Assembly: GCF_006345805.1 (NCBI RefSeq)
Contig: NC_042999.1
Location: 109,430,001 to 109,494,000 of the forward strand
DNA: 64,000 nucleotides
Source: Octopus sinensis
Lineage: Eukaryota
Direction of reading: 5' to 3'
The position numbers were made by a program, and so were the translations under genes. Below, one piece after another: positions 38,282-50,539 of the stretch (its first letter is position 1; each line of letters starts with the position of its first letter). The notes below the pieces were generated by a model. It saw only the letters and a program-made list of their open reading frames with translations. It had not been told where the DNA came from and made no database searches.

Positions 38282-39904
38282 AATGGTAACTCTTTGACTG
38301 GTCAAAACCAATGACTACATTGAATATATATAGGTGCAGGAGTGGCTGTGTGGTAAGAAGCTTCCTTCTCAACCACATGGTTCCAGGTTCAGTCTCACTG
38401 CATGGCACCTTGGGTAAGTGTTTCCTACTATAGCCTCAGGCTGATCAAAGCCTTGTGAGTGGATTTGGTAGACGGAAACTGAAAGAAGCCTGTCGTATAT
38501 ATATATATATATATATATTTGTATGTAAGTATTTGTGTCTGTGTTTGTCCCCTACCATCGCTTGACAGCTGATGTTGGTGTGCCTACATCCCCATAACTT
38601 AGTGGTTTGGCAAAAGACACCAATAGAATAAGTACCAGGCTTACAAAGAGTAAGTACTGGGGTCGATTTGTTCAACTAAAGGTGGTGCTCCAGCATGGCC
38701 ACAGTCAAATGACTGAAACAAAAAAAAAAGGATAAAAGAATGTATGTGTGTCTGAATGTGAGTGTATGTGAGTATGTGTGTGTGTGTGCTTGTGTTTCCT
38801 TGTTATGACGTGATAACTGTAAATGAGTGCCAGTGTCATCGTCAGTGTTATTCATTTCTAGTATTCCATGAGAACAGGCTTGGCCATGAGCGAATATTGC
38901 TTTGCTTTTCTGGGGAACAGGTGAGGTTTGGTGACAGGAAGAACATTCAGCAGTAGAAAATCTGGCTTAAATAAGCTCCACCTGACTCATGCAAGCATGG
39001 AAAAGTGGACATTAAAATGTTGTTGATGATGATGTCGTTGATGATATGATATATATATACAAGCATACATACATGTATTATGTATGTGTGTATGTATGTA
39101 TGTATGTATGTATGTATGTATGTATGTATGTATGTATGTATGTATGTATCAGTGACATATGGTGATCCTTGTATTGGGTGTCATGCCATCAAATTTCAAG
39201 TAAGTTTTCCATTAAGATTTGGGATTAAATGAATGAGTAAGGTTAATATTTATAATGAATTTTCCATTTCCGGTGGGTGTGCAGTGCACACCTAGCACAC
39301 CTGGAGTATACACCCCCGGTATGTATGTATGATTGATTGATTGATTGATTCTAGTTTCAGCTTATCAGCTGTGGCCATGCTGGGGCACCGCCATTTGGTG
39401 TTGCTACTTGGTTTCACTTCATGGAGGCTTTCTAGCGACTGCTATTTGGTGCATGAGAGAGTATATGTATTAGTGTTTGACTAGTTATGGGAAAATACTA
39501 CTTTCCTTGATAAAAGATGAGGGTTGGTGATAGAAAGACAATTGTAAGACAATCTGCCTCAGCAAATTCTGTATGGAAATGTGGCTGTTAAATGATGATG
39601 ATGATGATGATGATGATGATAACGATGATGGCAATGATTATGATTGAGAATTTTGATTTCCTTTATTCTTTTATTCTTTTATTCTTTTACTTGTTTCAGT
39701 CATATAACTGTGACCACAGGGGAGCACTGCCTTGAAGGATTTTAGTCAAACAAATCGATTCCAGGAATTATTTTTTAAGCCTAGTACTTATTCTATCAGT
39801 CCCTTTTGTTGACCTGCTAAGTTATGGAGATGTAAAAACACCAATACTGTTGTCAAGCAGTGATGGGGAGAAGGGACAAACACAAATACACACACACATG
39901 CAGG

Positions 39905-39944
<40 letters not shown>

Positions 39945-39947
<3 letters not shown>

Positions 39948-42285
39948 TCATCATCATCATCATCATTTAACGTCCGCTTTCCATGCTAGCATGGGTTGGA
40001 CGGTTCAACTGGGGTCTGGGGAGCCCGAAAGCTGCACCAGTCCAGTCAGATCTGGCAGTGTTTCTACAGCTGGATGCCCTTCCTAACGCCAACCACTCCG
40101 AGAGTGTAGTGGGTGATTTTATGTGCCACCGACACAGGTGCCAGACGAGGCTGGCAAACGGCCACGCTCGGATGGTGTTTTTATGTGCCACCGACACAGG
40201 TGCCAGACGAGGCTGGCAGACGGCCACGCTCGGATGGTGTTTTTATGTGCCACCGACACAGGTGCCAGATGAGGCTGGCAAACGGCCACGATCGGATGGT
40301 GCTTGTTACGTGCCCACAGCACGGAGGCCAGTCGATGCGGTAATGGGCGACGGCCACGTTCGGATGGTTTTCTTGTGTGCCACGTGCCACCGGCACTGGT
40401 ACCACAAAGATACAATTCCATTGATGTTCATCTATTTTGATTTGTTTTGATTTTGATTTTCACTTGCCTCAACAGGTCTTCACAAGTGTCACAAGAAGGA
40501 AGGTATGCACAGGTGGACTGACTACGTCCCAGGTAGGGGCCATGGGTTATGGCCTGACTAGTCTTGCCGGGTCTTCGGATGGTGTTTATGTGCCACCGAC
40601 ACAGGTGCTAGATGAGGCTGGCGAACGGCCACGATCGGATGGTGTTTGTCATGTGCCTACCGCACTGACTACAGCACTGATGGATTTCTTGTGTGCCACA
40701 GGCACTGGTACCACAAGATACAAATTCCATTGATGTTCATCTATTTTGTCTATTTTGATTTTGATTTGATTGATTTGATTTTCACTTGCCTCAACCAGTC
40801 TTCACAAGTGTCCAAGAAGGAAGGTATGCACAGGTGGACTGACTAGTCTTGCCGGGTCTTCGGATGGTGTTTTTATGTGCCACCGACACAGGTGCCAGAT
40901 GAGGCTGGCGAACGGCCATGATCGGATGGTGTTTGTTACGTGCCCACAGCACGGAGGCCGGTCGATGCGGAACTGGCTACGGCCACGTTCGGATGGTTCT
41001 CTTGTGTGCCACCGGCACTGGTACCACAAAGTGTGTGCCACTGGCACTGGTACCACAAAGATACAGATTCCATTGATATTCATCTATTTTGATTTGTTTT
41101 GATTTTGATTTTCACTTGCAGGTCTTCACAAGTGTCACAAGAAGGAAGGTATGCACAGGTGGACTGACTACGTCCCAGGTAGGGGCCATGGGTTATGGCC
41201 TGACTAGTCTTGCCGGGTCTTCGGATGGTGTTTTTATGTGTCACCGACACAGGTGCTAGATGAGGCTGGCGAACGGCCACGATCGGATGGTGTTTGTCAT
41301 GTGCCCACAGCACGGAGGCCAGTCGATGCGGTACTGGCTACGGCCACTTTCGGATGGTTTTCTCTTGTGTGCCACTGGCACTGGTACCACAAGATACAAA
41401 TTCCATTGATGTTCATCTATTTTGATTTGTTTTGATTTGATTTTGATTTTGATTTTCACTTGCCTCAACAGGCCTTCACAAGTATCACAAGGAGGAAGGT
41501 ATGCACAGGTGGACTGACTACGTCCCAGGTAGGGGCCATGGTTTATGGCCTGACTAGTCTTGCCGGGTCTTCGGATGGTGTTTTTATGTGCCACCGACAC
41601 AGGTGCTAGATGAGGCTGGCGAACGGCCACGACTGGATGGTGTTTGTTATGTGCCCACAGCACGATGGCCAGTGATGCGGTACTGACTACGGCCATGTTT
41701 GGATGGATTCTTGTGTGCCACCGGCACTGGTACCACAAGCGGTACTGACTACTTTTTATGTGCCACCGACACAGGTGCTAGATGAGGCTGGCGAACGGCC
41801 ACGACCGGTTGGTGTTTGTTATGTGCCCACAGCACGATGGCCAGTGATGCGGTACTGACTACGGCCACGTTCGGATGGATTCTTGTGTGCCACCGGCACT
41901 GGTACCACAAGCGGTACTGACTACGGCCACGTTCGGATGGATTCTTGTGTGCCACCGGCACTGGTACCACAAAGATACAAATCATTGATGTTCATCTATT
42001 TTGATTTGTTTTGATTTGATTTTCACTTGCCTCAACAGGTCTTCACAAGTGTCACAAGAAGGAAGGTATGTACAGGTGGACTGACTACGTCCCAGGTAGG
42101 GCCCACGGGTTATGACCTGACTAGTCTTGCCGGGTCTTCGGATGGTGTTTTTATGTGCCACCATGTTCCCACAGCACGGAGGCCAGTCGATGCGGTACTG
42201 GCTACGGCCACGTTCGGATGGTTTTCTTGTGTGCCACAGGCACTGGTACCACAAAGATACAAATTCCATTGATGTTCATCTATTT
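39945..42285 (-). repeat. tandem array built from an RTE 3' UTR
   Basis: (CAT)n tail at the left. The block (t/c)cttcacaagt recurs at 40478, 40799, 41123, 41473 and 42040. The units carry GAAGACCCGGCAAGACTAG (KTRQD*, RTE ORF end) on the minus strand plus ~45-bp gtgccaccgacacagg subrepeats. Confidence 0.85.
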
Positions 42286-42587
42286 ATATATATACATATA
42301 TGACAAGCTTCTTTCAGTTTCCATCTATCAAATCCACTTGCAAGGCTTTGGTTGGCCCAAAGCTATGTCTAAAGTGTCACACAGTGGGACTGAACCTCGA
42401 ACCATGTGGTTGGGGAGCAGGCTTCTTACCATAGAACCATGCCTAATGCCTAAAATTTTACCTTTTTTGGTGTAAAGGGATGCAAATTAACATGATGTTT
42501 TACACTTGTAAACATAGATACACAAATACATAAACACAGAGAGAGTGGAGGGGAAGTGATAGAGGGGAGAAAGAAAGATGGAGAGAA

Positions 42588-42623
<36 letters not shown>

Positions 42624-43651
42624 GATGAAATAGACAGTGCTAACAACTACGTATGTATGTGAATGTTTGCATTATGTATATAGTAAGTGTGAGGATAAAA
42701 TTTGTTGTTTTAAATTTCATATTTATGTAGTCTTAGTTCCTCTTATTTTATGCTATCGTAAGTTGTTCATAGAACTGGAGGTAAGTAAGGTATTCAAATT
42801 GCAGTACACTGGACTGGTCAACAAAGTTCACTACAGCTATATATAAATGAAGGGAATCTCTATACAACTGCTCAGTGTGCTAAAAATAGCAGCCAAATCT
42901 TCTTAAAATCTCACCCTATTGCTTTAAAAAGTGATAGTCATGTTGGCAAATGCAGTTTTGATATATCTATGTCACAATTTTAAGTCTAAATAGGCTTACT
43001 CCAGAAACAACGCCTCTTAACATGTCCACATTACACAATCAAGAATGACAAATTTTTTCCTTCTGTCTCTTCCTCAGTTGCATCACAGTAATTGATTGTG
43101 AGTATGTTGCAAATATCCTCTTCAAATATGGTGTTCTTCAGTTTGAACTGAATCTTAACAAACAGCTTAATGTCTCTGGTTGCAAAATACATTCTAAAGT
43201 CTTACTGTCTATGACTATGAATTCCAGCCAATTACTATTTAATTATCTAAGTTTCAAAAATATAAAAGGGGAAAAGAGCTGAAAAGAATTAAAAATTTTA
43301 GTATATACGAGTGAGTGTTGAAAAGCTCTTGGCTTTAAGGATATCATGAAAGGCCTGGTTGGAGCCCTAAACTTCAGAGTACCGTTACAGGGCTTAGAAA
43401 AACTGAAGTATGGCTGCAATAAGTGTGTGAATCTGAGACGGGAATATGTTGAATAAAATCATAATTAACTGATCCTCCTGTATTTTCCTTTACCCAAAGC
43501 CAGGGACTTTTCAGCACCCTCTCATGCGTTTGTGTGTGTGTGGTGTGTGTGAGTGTGTGTGTATGTGTGTGTGTGTGGTGTATATATATATATATATATA
43601 TACATACATATATATATGTATATATATATACATATATATACATATATATAC

Positions 43652-43747
<96 letters not shown>

Positions 43748-43800
43748 TATATATATACACAAATATATATGTATATTTTAATACATATATATACATATAT

Positions 43801-43847
<47 letters not shown>

Positions 43848-44881
43848 TATATTCTTTTACTTGTTTCAGTCATATAACTGTGTTCATGCGGGAGCACTGC
43901 CTTGAAGGATTTTAGTCAAACAAATCGATCCCAGGACTTATTTTTTAAGCCTAGTACTTATTCTATCGGTCACTTTTGTTGACCTGCTAGGTTATGGAGA
44001 TGAATTAATATTAACCTGAAACCATTTGGTTGCAAAGCGACCTTCTTAACCATATACTAGTACCTGTATATATATATGCATATATATTAAATACTTTTTA
44101 AATTGCTTTTTCTATGTCAAATTCCAACTGCAAATGAAGAAGTCTCTATATAACTGTATGGCCTGCTAGAAATAACAATTGCATCTCCCTGAATTTATCA
44201 CTATTATCTTTAAAAAAACTTACTAAATAATGTAGTACTAAATGCAGTACAGCTGACAAAATAATAGGATGGTCATAGCTGGATTGTCTTTGATCAACAA
44301 CAATCAGATTTTATACCCAATCATCACCAAAATAAGTTCTGAAAGAAAGATCCATTTGTGAGCCAATCTTCCTTGCCTCACAGTAATCATTTCTTTAGTC
44401 ATCAAAATAAAACATCGTATGAAGCCTATACCAACGATTAAGTTAAAATATATGATTAAGTTTAGCGTCAAATTTGCTGACTTTAAACTCTATCTAAGAA
44501 CTGCTTCCTCACCATAGCTACTTCATGGCAATAACTATAGCTGAAGTATTTTTTTGATTTTCATATAACTGCCAATTCAAGTTTTCATCAAAGAATTTGT
44601 CACATCCTAATTCCTTTCTTCCTCTTCCTCATTGACCTCATATTATTTACATGGATTTGAATCTCTTCCAATTATATACCAATGCCATTCTCTATACTAT
44701 ACATTCCTCTCTATCACACATATATTTTTTGGTGTGTGTGTGTGTTTTTAATCCTCAACCTTAAATAGCTCTAATAAAGAGCTTGAACACATTCTACAAA
44801 GAAGTTCCAAAATAAAATATGCACATACAAACATATATATATGCATGCATACATACATTTATATATATGTATATATATGTG

Positions 44882-44917
<36 letters not shown>

Positions 44918-45009
44918 ACATACATATATATATATACACACACACACATATATATACATTACGTATGTATATATGTGTGTATGTATGCATGTATGTGTGT
45001 GTATATATG

Positions 45010-45041
<32 letters not shown>

Positions 45042-45981
45042 TACACAAATACACACAGCCACGCATGCAAAAGTACTCACAATCATGCATTTGTACAAGT
45101 TTACATGTAAACAAAACCATACATGCATGCATATGCATTTAAACCTACCTATATAAACATATAAGCATATGTACATAATTACATATAGATATGTATATAC
45201 ACACCTGAATATATGCATACTCATATACATACATAAATACATATGTATGTGTGTGTGTGTGTGTGTGTGTTTGTATGTATGTATGTGTGTATATATATAT
45301 ATATCGTTTGTAGGAAACATAAATCTGAGGAAGAAGCACATTCCAAGATGTAGAGCGAGCAGTGTATATATATATGTGTGTATGTGTGTGTGTGTGTGTG
45401 TGTGTATTTATGCATGCATGTATCAATATATATCCAGAAAAATATACATACAAAATACATATCCATGTATGCCTACATAAACCTATATACATGCATAGAT
45501 ACCTACATGCACACACACACACATACATTTATGCATACACACACACTCTCACACAGATATATATATTTAAACATGCAGGCATGTCTTCATTCATACCTAC
45601 TTAAACATTCATACATAAATATATATGTATATACATAAATGAACATGCATATGCTTTGCTTGCCTAATACATAGAAACATAAACGAAAAATAAATGCATA
45701 TAAATATACACACATGTAAGGGAACATACATATACAGATATAATGTATATCATATATACATTATGATATACATTATATTACACGTTCTCATCATTCTTAT
45801 AACGTTTGCTTTGAGCCATATTAATTATTTAGATTGGTGTGTGGATAGCAGGCATGTACTTGGTTGGTTAAGACATTTGATTCACAAACTTGTAGTTATG
45901 ATTTATGTCATGCAAGATGAGTTAGACAAGTGTCTTTTACTATGTATTTAAGAATATATATACATTATATATATATATCTA

Positions 45982-46424
45982 CAGTAATCTCTTGCCATAT
46001 TGTGGTTCACCTATCATGGTTCACCTGTTGCAGTTTATTATTTAACCCTTTTGTTACTATATTTATTTTGAGATGTTCTGTGTTTCTTTCAATTATTTTA
46101 AATATAACAAAGAATTTAGTAAAATAACTTAGTTATCATTAACTTAATATTAGGAACATAAGTTGTAACTAAGGTTTGGTGGAAGATTTTAATTCAAAAC
46201 TTATGAAAACAAGACATTTGTAGTCAGAACCAGCCGGGTTGGTAACAAAAGGGTTAAGCTTACGTTGATTCTTCCATGGTGTTGTTTTGCATTTATGATA
46301 AATAAATATACGCAAATTACAAAAATAATTAAAAAAATATACAGTACAGTATTATTTCTACTTCATGTATTTTCACCAATCGCAGGGTTTTTTGGAACAT
46401 AACACCTGCAATAGTTGAGGGATT
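45982..46424. mobile_element. Tigger/pogo-like MITE (tentative) interrupted by a piggyBac MITE
   Basis: Starts TA|CAGTAATCTCTTG. The right end is truncated at gttgagggatt (expected ...gagggattactg|TA). Confidence 0.45.
46046..46253. mobile_element. piggyBac-type MITE, 208 bp
   Basis: TTAA|CCCTTTTGTTAC...GTAACAAAAGGG|TTAA: perfect 12-bp TIR and TTAA TSD. Confidence 0.85.
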
Positions 46425-46645
46425 TAGATTGGTGTGTGGATAGCAGGCATGCCTCCATGTTTTTGTTGGTTGAACCCATTCATTCCAATAATGAATTCCT
46501 GAGGAAAAGCCTAATTTGTGATTTCAAAAAGATATTTTTCATTTTGTTTTGAATTAATTAGGCTTGGAAACAACTTGTATTGTTTTTGTACCAACTTTGA
46601 ATTAAAGGAATGTCTACACTTATATTTTTCCCTTTCCTTATACTT

Positions 46646-46677
<32 letters not shown>

Positions 46678-48417
46678 TATATACATATATACATATATAT
46701 ATAAATGTTCATACAGCATCAGGAGAGAAGACAAAGAGACAAAATAAACTAGCAAAAAATTACTGGATGTCTCTTTGTCTCCTGGTGCTGCATGAACATT
46801 TAATGTGGTTTTAGAGTCAAGTTTTGACTGCTATTTCCAGTGTGGTGGTATCTCTTAGATACCTTAAATTATAATTTATTATAATTTTAAATAATTATTA
46901 CCTTTGAATGTTTTTATTCCCATGCTGGCCACCTGATAAGGTCGGTATTTAAATATCGATCTTATCTTTATTTATATATATATAAATGAGTAAATATTCA
47001 AATGAATACTTGTAAAGATGTTATTATTGTTATTATCAGTGGCAATTCTAAATATTTGATAATAATAACAACAATAACATTAGTGGCAGCAAACAATATT
47101 AGCATTAAATGGCTATACAATAAATTCATAATTATAATAGAGGGCACACGAAGCATCAGCTGGCTAAAAAATGAGGTCAAAACACCCAGTTTATCCACTG
47201 ATCTCATGGAAAATATGCTATGGACCAGCAGGAATCGGGCAAATGAATTTGGCGCAAAACATAGTGGATTATGAGGCGAGATGGATTTTTCAATGTAGCT
47301 GCAGCAAGACCAGCTGATGAGAATTAAGGCACTAGCCAGTATTTGAAATCATAATCCAGGTATATCTGTTACCTCATTCTACAGCTTTTTAGCTGAGATA
47401 GTATGATTAATTCTGCTCGTTTGCTCAATTTCTGCCAAAGTTAGACAGCAGTCCTAGCTAAGAAGACACTTGCTCAAAAGTCTTATTACATAACCCTGGG
47501 TCTGCTTGACAGTTACATGGTTCTTGGATTGAACCAACAACCACATTTTATCCTTTGTCTTTTACTTGTTACGGTCATTGGACTGCAGCCATGCTGGGTC
47601 ACTTCTCTGGAGAACTTTCAGTTGAATGAGTCAATTTCAGCACCATTTATTTTTAAAGCTTGTACTTTAACACACACACACATGCACGCATGCATGCACA
47701 CACACACACACATGCATATGTATGTACATAATGGGCTTCTTTCAGTTTCCTATCTAATGAGAGGAAAATGCAGCCTTTTCTTACAGTAGTGAATATAATT
47801 TCAGTTTACATCTGATTTGACTTATAAATCTTCTGAATTTTTAATAATTATGAGAACCAATTTTCAACTGGACTTAAAATGTATTATGGAAAAAATGTTT
47901 CTATTTTCTAAAATGTGCAATAGTTTATAGCAGTTGTTAATGTGATTTAAGAAGAAAAAAGAAAAAAGAAATCAATATGATATCACAGCTGGAAATTTCT
48001 TCAAAGTAACAAGAAATATAAATATTTACAGAGAATGTAAGTTTAAATAAATTTGCATGCATGTAGACAAACTCATTTAACATTTAAATGTATACTTCAC
48101 TAAAAATATGAGAACAAGCTTTAATTTTTTCAAATGGAGAAAAATACATATCTTTAAGATGTTGTTTGAGAACGCGAGTTTATTTGATAGTCTGTGATGT
48201 ATGATAGATTTAAAACAAACAATCATGACACCATATCAGCAAAACTGTGTAAATAGATGTGTGTGAATGTGTGTGTGTATTGCATTTTTTATAAGAGAAA
48301 TATGATTGGAGGATGAGATAAGGAATAATAATGCTGAAACATTGCATTAAAATTAATGATTCTGGGTTCAACCCTACTGATGTATGTATGTATAAATATC
48401 TTTCTCTCTCTCTCCAC

Positions 48418-48462
<45 letters not shown>

Positions 48463-48889
48463 TGCATACATACATACATACATACATACATACATACATA
48501 CATACATACAAATATATATATTCTTTTATTCTTTTATTTGTTTCAGTCATTTGACTGTGGCTATGCTGGAGCACCTCCTAGAGGGAAAGAGTTTTAGCTG
48601 AACAAATCAACCCCAATACTTATTCTATCAGTCTCTTTTGTTGAACTCCTAGTTTATGGGAATATAAACACACCAACACCAGTTGTCAAACAGTGATGGG
48701 GGGGGGGACAAACACACACACACGACATATTTCTTTCAGTTTCCGTCTACCAAATTCACTCACAGCATATATATATGTGTATGCATATGTAGCATATACA
48801 TGCATATAGCACACACACATATATATACATATACATACACATATAGCATATACATGCATATATAACACACACACATATATATATATCGG

Positions 48890-49090
48890 AATAAGTACAT
48901 AAATGTGAAACAAGGTGGAAAGAGAGTACTCTAATACCAGAGGTAGAGTAATATGCTTTATTGAAAAGCAGCAGAAATATCACAAAAACTGTTATCCTTT
49001 CTTTTCCATTCTAACAAAACTGTCCGACGAACAGGAACATGAAACTCTGAGTAACAGTTTTTGTGATATTTTTGCTGCTTCTCAATAAAG
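48890..49090 (+). mobile_element. PLE-type insertion with 39-bp inverted arms and variant hammerhead-like motif (49018-49059)
   Basis: Arms 48956-48994 and 49052-49090 (2 mismatches). Motif aactgt-CCGACGA-acaggaacat-GAAA-ctctga-GTA-acagtt. Confidence 0.6.
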
Positions 49091-49194
49091 TATACATATA
49101 TATAGATAGATATACATATACATATATATATATAAAGTACACATGCATATATAACATGTATATCTATCTATCTATATATATATATATATATATA

Positions 49195-49972
49195 ATCATC
49201 ATCATCATCATCGTTTAACGTCCGTTTTCCGTGCTCGCACGGGTTGGACGGTTCGACCAGGGTCTGGGAAGCCAGGAGGCTGCACCAGGCTCCAGTCTGA
49301 TCTGACAGTGTTTCTACAGCTGGATGCCCTTCCTAACGCCAACCAGTCCGTGAGTGTAGTGGGTGCTTTTTATGTGCCACCGGCACAGGTGCCAAGGGAG
49401 GCTGGCAGCAGCCATGATCAGTTGGTGCTTTTTATGTGCCACCGGCACAGAAGACAGTCTAGGCGGCTCTGGCATCAGCCACATTCAGATGGTGCTTTTT
49501 ACGTGCCACCTGCACAGGTATCACAACTACTATTTCCATTTATTTCGATGTTGATGTACTTGACTCAATAGGTCTCCTCAAGCAAAGCAGGTCATGTGCC
49601 ACCGGCACAGAAGCCAGTCAAGGCAGTGCAGGTATCGGCCACTTTCGGATGGTGTTTTTTACGTGCTGCTGGCACAGGTATCGTAACTACAATTTCCATT
49701 TGATATTTATTTTGATATTGATGTACTTGACTCAATAGGTCTCCTCAACCACAGCAGGTCACTCTATGATCCAAGGTAAGCACAGCAGGTCATTCTTCAA
49801 TCCAAGGTACTTTGAATGGGCTGAAGCTATGCAAAACTGGTGCAGGAAGCAGCCCAGGTCTTTGCAGTCACAGCATATCTCCAGAGATCTCGGTCCTCCG
49901 TCATTGCCTCTGTGAGGCCCAACGCTCAGAGGTCATGCTTGTCTACCTCATCCCATGTCTTCCTAGGTCTAC
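49195..49972 (-). mobile_element. 5'-truncated RTE LINE (C-terminus plus full 3' UTR and (GAT)n tail)
   Basis: Minus strand RPRKTWDEVDKHDL*ALGLTEAMTEDRDLWRYAV links the abundant UTR-type repeat to an RTE ORF. Confidence 0.9.
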
Positions 49973-50539
49973 ACATATATGACATATATATATAGATGAT
50001 CTTACTACTCAATTTCATACTAGGTATTATATAATTGGCCTGTTACTTAATAAACTTGCTCTTTATAATATATATGCTCTGTTAACAAATATAAAAATAG
50101 AAGTGCCTATTTTGACTTACTGATTCTAAGATGACTGTATATTTTTATGTGTGTGTATGTGTGTGTGTGTGTATGTGTGTGTGTGTGTGTGTGGTGTGTG
50201 TGTGTGTATAAAACACTATATTTATATATACCATTCTATGCTAATATTGAACAGTGAGAATAGGCAGTCAACACTGCATTGGTGGGTAAATATTCTTTAT
50301 TCGTGGGTACCATAGTATTTTCCTCTGTCTACATCTTTTTAGCATATTTACTTTTAGTTCAATATAGGTTGTGCTATTCTTAAACTTGGACCTTTCTAAT
50401 GTGCTGTTGTAATATGGTGCTGTCGTTTTGAAAATATATTGTACTATCCTCCATATAGCATGTATTTGGGAAATTATACCTATACTTCTTGTTTGTCTTC
50501 AAGTCCAGCCTTATTAATTTCAAACATTTTTGTACTCTG

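Noticed and set aside
39983-42290. CRISPR-like array, and 70-160-aa ORFs
   Set aside because: The spacers are themselves repeated RTE UTR sequence, the context is eukaryotic, and the ORFs arise from GC-richer tandem repeats.
43050-43265. Open frames on both strands (CITVIDCEYVANILFKYG... on +, MYFATRDIKLFVK... on -) with a strong + acceptor at ~43077
   Set aside because: The strand cannot be chosen, there is no recognisable homology, and the splice signals are not consistent.
47314-47320. Isolated CTGATGA, within ORF-adjacent sequence 47002-47274
   Set aside because: No downstream stem II or GAAA. The ORF has no recognisable homology.
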